Shown here one piece after another: positions 36,641-48,600 of a DNA stretch of 64,000 nucleotides. The DNA comes from a virus: the IMG/VR virus record IMGVR_UViG_3300017917_004176, positions 1 to 64,000 of that record. The stretch is one strand, 5' to 3'. Position 1 is the stretch's first letter. Each line of letters begins with the position of its first letter. The notes beneath the pieces were generated by a model. It was not told where the DNA came from, made no database searches, and saw only the letters and a list, made by a program, of their open reading frames with translations. Made by a program: the position numbers and the translations under genes.

Positions 36641-37477
36641 ATGAAAAAAATGATTAACAAGACAGTAGTTGAAGGCGTTTTGCTTGAAAAAGAATTACGC
36701 TCTGGTGTGGCAGAAAAATCTGGAGTGAAGTATATTGCAGGCAAATTACATCTTGAAACTGAAGATGGCAATACTATTTCAGTAGAGCTTTATGAAGGAG
36801 AAAAAACTTCAAAAGGTCTAGAAAATCCTAAGTTTGCTACTTTAAAAAGCATTTATGATAATGCTAAAACAAAGCATAGTGGTGCAGAAAAACCAACTCT
36901 TTTAAAGATTAATTCTGCATTTGGAACAAATGATTGGTATAATAAAGAAGGAGAGCTTGTTTGCTCTTTAGTAAATAAAGGTGGATATATTAATGTTGTA
37001 TCTGCTACATCTCCTAAATCTGAATTTGAAGTAGATGTTGTTATTCAATCAGTAGTTCCTGAGATTCGCAATGAAGTAGAAACTGGTCGCGCTTACGTTA
37101 ATGGTTTAATTTTTAACTATGCTAACCAAGCCCTTCCTGCTAAGTTTGTTGTTGATAATCCTAAAGGTGTAGCTTTCTTTGCTGCTCTGCCAAAAAATAC
37201 TTTTACTCGCGTTTGGGGAAAACAAGTTAACTCTAGTGTAACTTCTGAGCGCATGGAAGAGTCTGCTTTTGGCGATGCTAAAGTTGCAAAAACTTCTTAT
37301 ACTCGTAAAGAGTTTGTTATTACTGGTGCACAAGTTGAACCATATGATGACATGCAATTAACTGCAGATGAACTTAATACTGCTATTCAAAATCGTAATT
37401 TAGCTATGGCAGAATTAAAAAATCGAACAGTATCAAAAGAAACTTCAAAACCAGCTTTTGGTGGATTCTCATTCTAA
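36641..37477 (+). CDS. single-stranded DNA-binding protein (SPbeta YorF-like)
   Basis: N.V.VEG.L.EK start, FG-rich tail, first gene of replication module. Confidence 0.65.
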   Translation: MKKMINKTVVEGVLLEKELRSGVAEKSGVKYIAGKLHLETEDGNTISVELYEGEKTSKGLENPKFATLKSIYDNAKTKHSGAEKPTLLKINSAFGTNDWYNKEGELVCSLVNKGGYINVVSATSPKSEFEVDVVIQSVVPEIRNEVETGRAYVNGLIFNYANQALPAKFVVDNPKGVAFFAALPKNTFTRVWGKQVNSSVTSERMEESAFGDAKVAKTSYTRKEFVITGAQVEPYDDMQLTADELNTAIQNRNLAMAELKNRTVSKETSKPAFGGFSF

Positions 37478-37573
37478 TATTTAGGGCGAAGAAATTCGCC
37501 CCTAGATTTGAGGGCTTTAAGATTTAAAGTCTTGAAATGTAGTAAAAATATAAAAGAAAAGGTAGGAAAAACT

Positions 37574-38542
37574 ATGTCAATTTTTGATATTAAGCCGCAT
37601 CAAGTAAGTCGAGATTTGCGTGGATACTCTGTATTGTTTTATGGAGAACCAAAATCTGGTAAGACTACAACAGCTTCTAAGTTTCCAAAGTCGCTCATCA
37701 TTGCCTTTGAAAAAGGTTATGCTGCACTTCCTGGAGTTAAAGCTGCACCAGTTAATAGCTGGGGAGACTTCTTAAAGATTCTTCGTGAATTAAAAGATCC
37801 ACGAGCAAAAGATCTTTATGAAACTATTATCATTGATACTGCCGACATCGCTTATGATTATTGTGAGCAATATGTTTGTAATATGAATGGTGTTGACGCT
37901 ATCAATAAAATTCCTTTTGGTGGAGGATATTCTCAAGTTTCAAAAGAGTTTGATTCTAAGCTTCGTACAATTATTCAACTAGATTTCGGTTTGGTTTTAA
38001 TTTCACATGCTACTGATAAAACTTTCACTTCTGAAACTGGAGAAGAATACCACAAAATCGTTCCAACTTTACCAAATAAGGCTCGCTTAATTGTTGGTCG
38101 TATGTCTGATATTATTGGATATTCTCGTGGAGTAGAAACTGCAGAAGGCAATAAAACTATGTTGTTTATGCGTGGAACTCAACGATTTGAAGCAGGATCC
38201 CGCTTCAAGCATACTCCAGATGCTATCGAATTTACTTATCATAATCTAGTAGATGCTATTGCAGATGCTATTGATAAGCAAGCTCAAGAAGATGGAGGTC
38301 AGTTTGTTGTCGAGTCAAAAGACAACATCTATAAAAAAGTCGATTTAGACTTTGACTTTCTCATGGAATCATTTCAAGAAATCGTTAATGACTTACTTGA
38401 AAAAGATAAGGCAAAATACTTCCCTCGCATTACAGAAGTTGTGGAGCGCCATTTGGGTAAAGGCAAAAAAGCCAGTGAAATGACTCGTGATCAAGCCGAA
38501 CTATTAGATATTATCGTTTATGAATTAAGAGAATTGTTATAA
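37574..38542 (+). CDS. AAA_24 / Sak4-like ATPase (YorG-like)
   Basis: YGEPKSGKTT, IIIDT, LISH. Confidence 0.8.
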   Translation: MSIFDIKPHQVSRDLRGYSVLFYGEPKSGKTTTASKFPKSLIIAFEKGYAALPGVKAAPVNSWGDFLKILRELKDPRAKDLYETIIIDTADIAYDYCEQYVCNMNGVDAINKIPFGGGYSQVSKEFDSKLRTIIQLDFGLVLISHATDKTFTSETGEEYHKIVPTLPNKARLIVGRMSDIIGYSRGVETAEGNKTMLFMRGTQRFEAGSRFKHTPDAIEFTYHNLVDAIADAIDKQAQEDGGQFVVESKDNIYKKVDLDFDFLMESFQEIVNDLLEKDKAKYFPRITEVVERHLGKGKKASEMTRDQAELLDIIVYELRELL

Positions 38543-38594
38543 AAATTAATTGGGGAGGCTAACAACCTCCCTTTTATTTTAGGGTGGTATTGGT

Positions 38595-39095
38595 ATGAGT
38601 AGATTAGTAAAATGTTTATATTGCGAAAAAACAATAAATAGACAACAAGAATCTTTTGTTCAAAAGAATTCTCGATATGCTCATACTCAATGCGACCAAG
38701 AGCATAATAGAGAACAATTTGAAAGAGATGGTTTAACTGACTACATTATAAAGCTTTTTGGTGATAGAGTTAATTTTGGAATGGTTGGCAAACAAATTAA
38801 AAACTTTTCTGATGATTATGATTATACTTTATCAGGAATAAAAGGAACTCTTTATTATTGTTATGAAGTAAAAAAGATGAACATTAATATGGCGCAGGGA
38901 ATAGGTATCGTTCCATATTATTACAATGAAGCTAAAAACTATTTTGAAAAAGTTGAAAAACAAAGATTAAATATTGGTGTTGATTTCACTCCATACAAAA
39001 AGAAATCTGTTTATATAAAATCTCCAAGAACATCTGTCCTAAAGCCAGCAGAGTCTTTAGATGATTTGGAAAGGTGGTTGCTAGAAAATGAGTAA
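38595..39095 (+). CDS. conserved replication-module protein (YorH-like)
   Basis: CxxC...H..C, GIGIVPYYY.EA..YF. Confidence 0.65.
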   Translation: MSRLVKCLYCEKTINRQQESFVQKNSRYAHTQCDQEHNREQFERDGLTDYIIKLFGDRVNFGMVGKQIKNFSDDYDYTLSGIKGTLYYCYEVKKMNINMAQGIGIVPYYYNEAKNYFEKVEKQRLNIGVDFTPYKKKSVYIKSPRTSVLKPAESLDDLERWLLENE

Positions 39096-40626
39096 TAACT
39101 CATTATATGATACTAAGTCTACTATACAAGTATTAGCAGGATTATACAAAAATCCAAATTTGTTTGATAGATACGATAAATATTCTTTGAGCTGGCAAGA
39201 TTTCAATATTCCTATACATCGAATTATTTTTAATGCTCTTCATAATCTAACTATGCAAGGTGTTAAGAATCCAGGTGTAGTTGATATAGAAAATTATCTT
39301 TTCGCAAGAGCACAAATAAAAGAAATATATGATAAAGAAAATGGGGCGCAATTTCTTCAACATCTCGAGTCTCTTGCGGACTTGAGTAATTTTGACTATT
39401 ATTACAACAGAATGAAAAAGTTTTCTTTGCTTGCGTCTTTTTATGATAATGGTATAGATATTTCTACCATTTATAATAAAGACATTATAGATCCTGCTGT
39501 GAAGCGGAAGCAAGAAGATTATATTGATAATTTATCTATTGATGAATTAGTTTCTATAATAAATAATAAAATAGAAGAAATTACTAAAAGTTTATTAGGA
39601 AGTACGATTTCAGAAACAAAACAAATTGGAGAAGGTCTTTCAGACTTAATTGAAAGCTATAAAATTCAACCAGAAATCGGGATCCCATTATATGGCCCCC
39701 TCATTAATACTATAACTCGAGGTGCTCGATTAAAAAAGTTTTATTTGCGATCCGCTCCAACCGGAGTTGGTAAAACTCGTATGATGATGGCAGATGTTTG
39801 TAACTTTGCAACCGATAAAATTTTTGACTTAACTAAAAATACTTGGGTTGAAAATGGAACATCAGAGCCTTCTTTGTTTATTACAACAGAGTTAGAAATA
39901 GATGAGTGTCAAACAATGGCATTGGCATTCTTAAGTGGAGTGCAAGAGGAAAAGATATTGAATGGCTCATATGATTCTTATGAACATAAACGCATAACTC
40001 AGGCAGCTAAAGTTTTAGAAAAATCTCCATTGTGGATTGAGCACTTACCAAACTTTTCTTTAAGAGATATTGAAAGTGTGATACGTAGGCATGTAAGAGA
40101 GAATGGTGTTCGATATATAGCATTTGATTATTTGCACACTTCATTAAGAATATTAGAAGAGATTTCTCAAAAAGCAAAAGGTATAGCTTTACGAGAAGAC
40201 AATGTTCTTTTTATGATAGCTATTAAAATAAAAGACTTATGTAATGAGCTTGGAGTTTTTATCTTATCTGGTACGCAATTAAATGCAGACTGGGAGAGTA
40301 GAGGAACTTCAAATCAAAACGTACTTCGTGGGGCAAAAGCGATAGCAGATAAAATTGACTTAGGTATTATTTCTGTACCAGTAACAGATGAAGATCGAGA
40401 GTCTTTAAAGAACTTTGTTACAGCCAATGTTTTGCCTATGCCAAATTTAGTTCACCATATCTATAAAAATAGACGTGGGAAATTTAAATCTGTTAAGCTT
40501 TGGTGTAGTGCAGATCTAGGAATTTGCAGAGTAACCCCTTTATTTTTAACTGATGATAATTATAACTTAATTGAAATTGAAGACTTGGATATTATTGTTG
40601 AGAATGAAATAGACTTGACCAAATAA
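39088..40626 (+). CDS. dnaB: replicative DNA helicase, DnaB-like
   Basis: APTGVGKT Walker A, ITTE, FDYLH, TQLN, IADKID, KNRRG. Confidence 0.85.
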   Translation: MSNNSLYDTKSTIQVLAGLYKNPNLFDRYDKYSLSWQDFNIPIHRIIFNALHNLTMQGVKNPGVVDIENYLFARAQIKEIYDKENGAQFLQHLESLADLSNFDYYYNRMKKFSLLASFYDNGIDISTIYNKDIIDPAVKRKQEDYIDNLSIDELVSIINNKIEEITKSLLGSTISETKQIGEGLSDLIESYKIQPEIGIPLYGPLINTITRGARLKKFYLRSAPTGVGKTRMMMADVCNFATDKIFDLTKNTWVENGTSEPSLFITTELEIDECQTMALAFLSGVQEEKILNGSYDSYEHKRITQAAKVLEKSPLWIEHLPNFSLRDIESVIRRHVRENGVRYIAFDYLHTSLRILEEISQKAKGIALREDNVLFMIAIKIKDLCNELGVFILSGTQLNADWESRGTSNQNVLRGAKAIADKIDLGIISVPVTDEDRESLKNFVTANVLPMPNLVHHIYKNRRGKFKSVKLWCSADLGICRVTPLFLTDDNYNLIEIEDLDIIVENEIDLTK

Positions 40627-40658
40627 TAAAAAAATGTTATAATAAAAATAAAAAGGAT

Positions 40659-41741
40659 GTGGTTTTTATCTACGATAAAGACCTAGTAAAAATAGAATTA
40701 AAAACCGAAGAAATCCTTAGAATACTGCAAAAGCTTGGTGCGGCAGAGCCATATACGAAAGATGGAAATATTGTTCTTGAAACTATATGTCACAACCCAC
40801 CAGGCGAAGGCAGTAATAAATTATACTATTATCCAAATACAGGATTATTTAAATGCTATACTCATTGTGGCGAAAGCTTTGATATTTATGAGTTAATAAT
40901 AAAAAATAATAAGGCTTCTAATGTTTCAGAAGCAATGAAGTGGATAGATAGAAATATAAAAGGATTTTCTATTAATCAAAATGATTCAGAAGAATGGCAA
41001 ATAACAAAAAGCTATAGAGATTTGTTTTCTATAGAACGAGGATTCAAAGAACAAGATATAATAATTTATGATAAAAAAGTTTTGTCTGTCTTGCCCTTCT
41101 ATATTATTAAAGATTGGCTTGATGAAGGTATCTCTGTTCGAGCTATGCAACAATTTGAAATTAAGTTTAATCCAGTAAATAATTCAGTTATTATTCCACA
41201 CTTTGATATAGATGGAAATCTAATTGGAATTAGACAGCGAACACTAGTAAAAGAAGATGAGATATATGGTAAATATAAACCTGCCACGATAGATGGTAAA
41301 ATGTATAATCATCCTTTATCTGTTGCTGCTTACGGCCTAAACTTAAATAAAGATAATATTAAAAAAAGTAAAATAGCTATTATCTTTGAAGGAGAAAAGT
41401 CAGTTCTTCTTTATGAAAGTTATTTTGGCAGAAAGAGAAATATATCTGTTGCTTGTTGTGGATCATCAATTTCAGAATCTCAAATAGATGAATTGATAAA
41501 AGCAGGCGCGGAAGAAATTTGTATTGCTTTTGATAAAGAGTTTCACTTATTGGGTGATTCAGACTATCAACTTCAAGTAAAACATTTAAATCATATATTT
41601 AACAAGTATAAAGAAAAAGCTTTAATTAGTTTTATATTTGACAAGGAAAATAAGCTTGGTTATAAAGATGCCCCTATAGATAGAGGTGAAGATACTTTCA
41701 TTTATCTTTTTAATCAAAGATTTACATTGAAAGAGGAATGA
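40659..41741 (+). CDS. DNA primase
   Basis: CHN...CYTHC Zn finger, IIFEGEKS, AFD TOPRIM. Confidence 0.85.
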   Translation: MVFIYDKDLVKIELKTEEILRILQKLGAAEPYTKDGNIVLETICHNPPGEGSNKLYYYPNTGLFKCYTHCGESFDIYELIIKNNKASNVSEAMKWIDRNIKGFSINQNDSEEWQITKSYRDLFSIERGFKEQDIIIYDKKVLSVLPFYIIKDWLDEGISVRAMQQFEIKFNPVNNSVIIPHFDIDGNLIGIRQRTLVKEDEIYGKYKPATIDGKMYNHPLSVAAYGLNLNKDNIKKSKIAIIFEGEKSVLLYESYFGRKRNISVACCGSSISESQIDELIKAGAEEICIAFDKEFHLLGDSDYQLQVKHLNHIFNKYKEKALISFIFDKENKLGYKDAPIDRGEDTFIYLFNQRFTLKEE

Positions 41742-43480
41742 AAATGAAATATGCTTTAATATCAGAACCAAAACATAATTTAACTACTATAGAACAAATA
41801 TTAGTTAATAGGGGAATTGAGATTTCAAAAATCAATAATTATATAAGAACAACTGATGATGTTTTATATAGTCCCCTATTATTAAACAATATAGAAAATG
41901 GAATTGACATTTTACTGAGTCACTTAGAAAAAAAATCTAAGATACTTTTACAACTTGATTCTGATTGTGATGGATATACATCTGGCGCATTGCTATTAAA
42001 TTATTTATATGCAGTTAATTCTGAATGGTTAAATAATATAGATTTCAGAGTTCATTCTGGAAAAGAACATGGTTTAGACTTTGCGCTAATTGAATCATTA
42101 ACATCTGATGACTATCAATTAATTCTTGTGCCAGATGCAAGCTCAAATGAATATGAAATTCATGCCCTACTTAAATCTAAGAAAATAGATTGTTTAATTA
42201 TTGACCACCATGAAGCTCCTGCTCAATCTGAAAATGCGATTGTTATAAATCCCCAATTAGATGACTACCCAAATAAAAATCTCAGTGCTGTTGGAGTTGT
42301 TTATAAATTTTGTAAACTATTAGACTCAAAACTCGGTGTAGATTTAGCAGACAATTTTTTAGATTTAGTTGCTCTTGGAATGGTTGCAGATATGATGGAT
42401 ATAAGAGAGCTTGAAACTAAGCATTTAATTTCTAAGGGTATTATTAATATAAGAAATCCTTTTATTAAAAGCTTAATCGAAAGACAATCTAATTCTTTAA
42501 AAGATGGATTAAGTCCAAATAGTTTTGGTTTTTATATTGCACCTTTAATAAATGCAACTATAAGAATAGGAACAGAAGAAGAAAAGCTAACTATGTTTAA
42601 AGGCTTTTTAGATAAGTATGCTAATGAAGAAATGGATTCAACAAAGCGAGGCGCCAAGCCAGGAGAAACTGAAACGTTTGCTGATAGAGCTGCTAGACAG
42701 TCTATGAATATAAAAAATCGACAAGCAAAAATGAGAGACGAAGGTATAGCTTTAATTGAAGAGATTATTCAACGAGAATCTTTAAATGACAATAAAGTTT
42801 TAGTTGTTGTTCTAGACCAAGATATAGATAAAAATTTATCTGGTTTAATAGCAAATAAAATAATGTCTAAATACAAAAAACCAGTTTTAATTTTAAGAAA
42901 CAATAATGAAACTTTAAATGGCTCTGCAAGAGGATATGAGAAGTCTGAGTTGCGCGACTTTAAATTATTCTTAAATGATTCTGGATTAGTAAATTATGCA
43001 GAGGGCCACGCTAACGCGTTTGGAGCGGGAATAGATAAGGATAAGCTTGAAAACTTTATCGAATATTCTAATGAACAATTAAAAGATTTTGATTTTAGTG
43101 CAACCCATTTAGTTGATTTTATTTGGGACTCTGAGACTCTAACTTCCCAAGATATTTTTGATGTAGCGAATCTTAGAAGTTTTTGGGGCAAAGGTGTAGA
43201 AGAAGCTTTAATTTGTATCAAGGGATTAAAAGTAACTAAAGATAGAATTGCATTGCTTTCTCCAGATAAAAGCCCTACAATAAAGATTAATTTTAAAGGA
43301 ATTGATTTTATTAAATTTGGTTCGAGTCAACAAGAATTTGAATCTCTTCGTGCTGATACTGGATATATAGAAATCGATATAGTTGGAAAATGCTCTATAA
43401 ATGAATGGAATGGTAATATCACAGCCCAAGTTTTTATTGAAGACTATGCAATCAAAGATACTAAGGCTTGGTATTTCTAA
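41738..43480 (+). CDS. recJ: RecJ-like ssDNA exonuclease
   Basis: DSDCDG, IDHH, GSARG, GHANAFG. Confidence 0.88.
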   Translation: MKMKYALISEPKHNLTTIEQILVNRGIEISKINNYIRTTDDVLYSPLLLNNIENGIDILLSHLEKKSKILLQLDSDCDGYTSGALLLNYLYAVNSEWLNNIDFRVHSGKEHGLDFALIESLTSDDYQLILVPDASSNEYEIHALLKSKKIDCLIIDHHEAPAQSENAIVINPQLDDYPNKNLSAVGVVYKFCKLLDSKLGVDLADNFLDLVALGMVADMMDIRELETKHLISKGIINIRNPFIKSLIERQSNSLKDGLSPNSFGFYIAPLINATIRIGTEEEKLTMFKGFLDKYANEEMDSTKRGAKPGETETFADRAARQSMNIKNRQAKMRDEGIALIEEIIQRESLNDNKVLVVVLDQDIDKNLSGLIANKIMSKYKKPVLILRNNNETLNGSARGYEKSELRDFKLFLNDSGLVNYAEGHANAFGAGIDKDKLENFIEYSNEQLKDFDFSATHLVDFIWDSETLTSQDIFDVANLRSFWGKGVEEALICIKGLKVTKDRIALLSPDKSPTIKINFKGIDFIKFGSSQQEFESLRADTGYIEIDIVGKCSINEWNGNITAQVFIEDYAIKDTKAWYF

Positions 43481-43591
43481 AAGAAAATGGTTGGTTAATT
43501 AAATATAATCAATCATTTTTTCTTTTTATATTATACAGCAAGAGAAAAATAAAATATCTCTTAGAGTAAAATTAATAGGAGATGGTGGTTT

Positions 43592-43843
43592 TTGTCTCAA
43601 AATTTAATTGATTTTTTTATTATGCAAGGTCCATATGCAGTCTTGTTTGTCCTACTTTTGGTTCATACTCAAAAGCAGGCGACTAAACGAGAAGAAAGAT
43701 TAATGGAACACCTTGAGAAAACATCACAAACTTTATCAGCTATCCACTTTAACTTAATGGAACTTGAAGCCAAATTAATGGATCAGGACGCTAAGTTAGA
43801 TGAGATATGGGAAGAAATTCAAAATGTCAAGGAGGAAGAATAA
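43592..43843 (+). CDS. BhlA/UviB-family holin-like protein
   Basis: QGPYAVLFV.LL...KREERL. Confidence 0.75.
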   Translation: MSQNLIDFFIMQGPYAVLFVLLLVHTQKQATKREERLMEHLEKTSQTLSAIHFNLMELEAKLMDQDAKLDEIWEEIQNVKEEE

Positions 43844-44139
43844 TGTTTGGAATTAACAAAGCAATGTTAGAGTCTTATCTTCGTAGTTTACTTGGACAAG
43901 TTTTTGCAGCAGTAGCTGTAGTAATGGGCGCAGAAGGTCTTGCTAGTCCATTAGAGTTTGGTGCTGGAGAATGGATCTTAGTAGCAAATGCTCTTTGGGC
44001 ATCTTTACTTCCAGTAGCTTTACGCTATTTCAATTCTAAAGATCCAGCATTCGGCCGTGTAGCCGCAACAGTTGGAACTGAAGTTGGAAAAAAACTTGAA
44101 GCAGAAGGCAAAAAAAGAAGTAAAAAAGCAGCGAAGTAA
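43843..44139 (+). CDS. holin-like membrane protein
   Basis: two TM segments, LRYFN.KDPAFG, basic C-tail. Confidence 0.55.
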   Translation: MFGINKAMLESYLRSLLGQVFAAVAVVMGAEGLASPLEFGAGEWILVANALWASLLPVALRYFNSKDPAFGRVAATVGTEVGKKLEAEGKKRSKKAAK

Positions 44140-44238
44140 ATAAAGTTAGGGTTAAGAGCCAAAAGCTCTTAGCCCATTTCTTTGTTTTATTGACACAATT
44201 TTAAAAATATAGTATAATAAATATAGAGGTGAAAAATA

Positions 44239-45327
44239 GTGAATCTTACTGAAGAACAAGAATTAGCCATTAGAGTTGTTAAGCAAAAACTAATGATAGG
44301 CCAACCAATAGTTACTATCGCTGGATATGCGGGTACTGGTAAGACAACACTAATTAAATATATTATAGATGACCTAAGAATTGAAATGAGACAAGTTGCA
44401 TTTGCTACTTTTACAGGTAAGGCTGCATTTGTCCTTCAACAAAAAGGCATTCCTGCTATGACATTACATGCCTTATTTTTTAATTCTTATAGATTAAAGA
44501 GTAATAATTTTATTCATAAAAAAAAGAAATATTTAGATTTACCATATAAACTTATTGTGATAGATGAAATTTCTATGGTAAGTTTAGATATGTTGCAGAC
44601 AGCAGTTTCTTTTAAGATTCCAATAATAGCTCTTGGTGATATTGGTCAGCTTCCTCCAATAGGATATGATAATGGCTTGTTAGCAAAACCAGATGTTGTT
44701 TTAACAGAAATTATGCGACAAGAAAAAGATAGTCCTATCATAGAATTATCATTTAATATACGAAAAGGACTGCCTTTACAAGAACAAGAAAATGAACATG
44801 TTGTTGTTGTAAAAAAAGAAAATATAAATACAAATTATTTATTAGAGGCCGACCAAGTATTATGTGGCTATAATGAAACCAGAGTGTATTTAAATGAAAA
44901 ACTAAGAACTGGATATGAATTACCAGAACCCTTTCCATCTCCAGGAGATAAAGTTATTTGCTTGAGAAATAACTGGGAAAAATTTTCTGATATAAATAAG
45001 CTACCACTTGTAAATGGATCTATAGGATATTTAGCCAGAATAGATAAAAAGATTTCTGAGACGGAAATACAAGCTACTTTTGCCCTTGACTATGTTCAAG
45101 ATGGATATCATAAATTAAATATGACATTCGACTCAAAAAATAAAGATAAGAAGTTTAATGAATTTGATTTGGCTTATGCTGTTACAGTTCATAAATCACA
45201 GGGAAGTCAGTGGAATTCTGTTTTTGTTTTTGAAGAAGTTGTTAATTCTAAGCACCATGCAAAATGGCTTTATACTGCAGTTACTAGAGCAATAAATAAA
45301 ATTATTATAGTCAAGGGAGATTATTAA
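44239..45327 (+). CDS. Dda/RecD-like SF1B helicase
   Basis: GYAGTGKT, DEISMV, GD.GQLPPI, AYAVTVHKSQGSQW, YTAVTRA. Confidence 0.88.
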   Translation: MNLTEEQELAIRVVKQKLMIGQPIVTIAGYAGTGKTTLIKYIIDDLRIEMRQVAFATFTGKAAFVLQQKGIPAMTLHALFFNSYRLKSNNFIHKKKKYLDLPYKLIVIDEISMVSLDMLQTAVSFKIPIIALGDIGQLPPIGYDNGLLAKPDVVLTEIMRQEKDSPIIELSFNIRKGLPLQEQENEHVVVVKKENINTNYLLEADQVLCGYNETRVYLNEKLRTGYELPEPFPSPGDKVICLRNNWEKFSDINKLPLVNGSIGYLARIDKKISETEIQATFALDYVQDGYHKLNMTFDSKNKDKKFNEFDLAYAVTVHKSQGSQWNSVFVFEEVVNSKHHAKWLYTAVTRAINKIIIVKGDY

Positions 45328-45328
45328 A

Positions 45329-45682
45329 ATGTCGTATGAAACTAAGGGTTATCATGTTATTGCTGATATGTGGACTTGTGACGAAGATATACTGGACAGT
45401 CTACAAAAAATGAGAAAAATTTGCGAAGATGCAATTGAACTAGGTGGAGCTACATTAGTAGATGTTTCATATAAAAAATTTACGCCTCAGGGACTAACGA
45501 TGTTATTTTTATTAGAAGAATCTCACTTAAGTGTTCATACTTATCCAGAACATAGATATATGTCATTTGATTGCTATACTTGTGGCTCAAATACAGACCC
45601 AGTTGCGATTTTTGAGTATGTAAAAAAAGAAGTTGGTTCGGGTTATGTTAAATTAAACTTTTTAAATCGTGGTAAATTTTAA
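45329..45682 (+). CDS. speD: S-adenosylmethionine decarboxylase proenzyme
   Basis: F.PQG.T...LLEESHLSVHTYPE...D.YTCG. Confidence 0.9.
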   Translation: MSYETKGYHVIADMWTCDEDILDSLQKMRKICEDAIELGGATLVDVSYKKFTPQGLTMLFLLEESHLSVHTYPEHRYMSFDCYTCGSNTDPVAIFEYVKKEVGSGYVKLNFLNRGKF

Positions 45683-45698
45683 TTAGAGGAGGGTTTAT

Positions 45699-48600
45699 GT
45701 GGCTTATACTTCAATTCATAATCACACGCACTATTCAAATTTGCGCTTATTAGATTGCATTATAAGGCCTACAGACCTTATAGATGAAGCTTATAAATTG
45801 GGCTTAAAAGGTATAGCCATAACTGATCATGAGTCTTTATCGGCTCATATTGAAGCTATACAACATTATAAAAAGAAATATCTAAATACTGATTTCAAAC
45901 TTATTTTAGGAAATGAAATATATTTAGTAGATGAAAAAAAGAGCGGTTCTCAATATTATCATTTTATAATTTTGTCTAAAAATAAGACTGGTCATAGAGC
46001 ACTAAGAGAACTTTCTTCAATAGCTTGGAGAGATAGTTATTTTGATCGCGGCATGGAGCGAGTTCCAGTTACTAAAGATGAGCTTAGAGAAGTAGTTAAA
46101 AAATATCCTGGGTCTTTGATGGCAACATCTGCGTGTATAGGTGGAGAGCTTTCTCAAAATATACTAAGATTAATTGTAGCTGAAAATTTAAATGACCAAG
46201 AAAAGATAAAAGAATATAAGTCAAATATAACTGAATTCCTCTTTTTTATGAAAGAAGTATTTGAGAATGATTTTTATCTTGAGATAGCACCAAACTCTTC
46301 AGAGGAGCAACGTATTGTAAATACAAGAATGAAATCAATTTCTAACTTCTTTGAAATACCAATTTTATTTGCCAGCGATTCTCACTATCTAAAAAAAGAA
46401 GACCGTGAAATTCATAAAGCATTTTTAAACTCCAAAGATGGTGAGCGAGAAGTTGATGATTTTTATACAACAGCCTTTTTAATGTCACCCGAGGATGCCT
46501 GGGATTATCTTAAAGAAGACTTTTCTCAAGATGAATTTCAAGAGATGATGAATGTTTCTAATACTATTTATGATAAAGTTGAATTTTATGATTTATATAA
46601 ACCGCAGATAATTCCTAATGTAGAGTTAAACATAAAAGGTACAAAATTCAAAGACTTAGAAAAGTATGAATATGTTTTGGCTCTTTTGAATAGCGATAAC
46701 ATCCAAGATAAATATTGGGCAGAAACTTGTTTAAATAGATTGGCCGAGATAAAACTTTGGAATGATGTTTATCTTTCAAGATTAGATGATGAAGCCAAAG
46801 AGATATATTTAATTTCTAAAAACTTAGATCTACAAATGACTTCATATTATAATACCATGTCCAAGATTATGGATATTGTATGGGAAGGCGGAGATTCTCT
46901 AGTTGGAGTTGCCCGAGGATCTGCCACTGGATTTCTTTCTTGTTATCTATTGCAAATAACTCAATTAGACCCAATAAAATGGAAGCTCCCACATTGGAGA
47001 CATTTAACTTCATCTCGACCAGAGTTACCAGACATAGACTTTGATACTCAAGCCCTAAGGCGAGGTCAAATATTAGAAGCCATCAAAGATTTCTTTGGTG
47101 AAAAGAATGTGTTAAATATTTGTACATTTGGAACAGAGGGTCCGAAGTCAGCTATCTTAACAGCTTGTCGAGGATTAGGAATTGATTCTGATATTGGTTT
47201 ATATTTAACAGGAATGATTCCACAAGAACGAGGCTTTACATGGCCATTACAAGATTGTCTTTATGGAAACAAAGAAAAAGGTCGAGAGCCAATTCATCAA
47301 CTTAAAAAAGAAGTTGAGAAATATGATAAGCTTGAAGAAGTCATTTTAAAGATTGAAGGTCTAGTAAATAAGCGCTCTATACACGCAGCAGGAATTTATA
47401 TATTCAATGATGGCTTTGAAGAAATGAATGCTTTAATGAGAGCGCCTAATGGTCAAGCGATAACTCAGTGGGATATGTCTGACTCAGATTATATGGGCTG
47501 TTTAAAATATGATTTTTTAACTGTTGAGGCACTAGATAAAATTCGTGTTGCCCTAGATCTTTTAATAGAAGATAATTTTATTCAATGGCAAGGCAGTTTA
47601 AAAGAAACATATAATAAATATTTGCATCCAGATATTTTAGATTATTCAACTGAAATGTGGGAAGCTGCCAGTAATGGCGAAGTAATAAATCTATTTCAAT
47701 TTGATACACTAGTTGGTGGTCAAGCTATTAAAAAAGTTAAGCCTAAATCTCTAGAAGATGCAGCATCTGCAAACTCTTTAATGAGATTAATGCCACTTGA
47801 AGATGGAACGGTTCCTGTAGATAAATATATTAAATTCAAAAATGATTTAAAGCTTTGGTATAGAGAAATGAAAAACTTTGGTTTGACCGAAGAAGAAATG
47901 AAAATGCTTGAACCACATTATCTTCCTGTATATGGAGTTCCAAATACACAAGAAGATATGATGGAAGTTTTAATGAATCTAGACTTAATCGGTTTTTCTA
48001 TTGAAGAGGCAAACTATGCTCGTAAGATAGTTGGTAAAAAGAAAATGGATGAAATTCCAAAGTTAAAAAATATGATTTATACAAAAGCTAAAATAAGAAA
48101 AAATGTTGTTGACTATATTTATTATACTGCTATTGAGCCGCAATTAGGATATTCGTTTAGCAGAAATCATACTATGCCTTATACAACAATTGCCCTGCAA
48201 GAATTAAATCTTTTTAATAAATATCCTACTCTTTATTGGAATACTGCCTGCTTAACTATTAATGCGGGTGCGGCAGATGAGGTTGAAGGTAAAGGAACAG
48301 ACTATGCCAAGATGGCTGCTGCGATAGGATATATAAAATCTCAGGGCGTAGAAGTTTCATTGGCCAATATAAATAAATCGAGCTTTGGCTTTAAACCCGA
48401 TTTAAAAAATGATCGAATATTATATGGACTAAAAAGCATTTCAAACTTGGGCGACGATATTTCAAAACTTATAATTGAAAACCGTCCATATGAATCTATG
48501 GAGGACTTTATTGAAAAGTGTAGTCCTTCTAAGACTGCAATGGTTTCTTTAATAAAAGCTGGTGCCTTTGATGAGATTGAAGGCAAGCCCCGAGAAGAAA

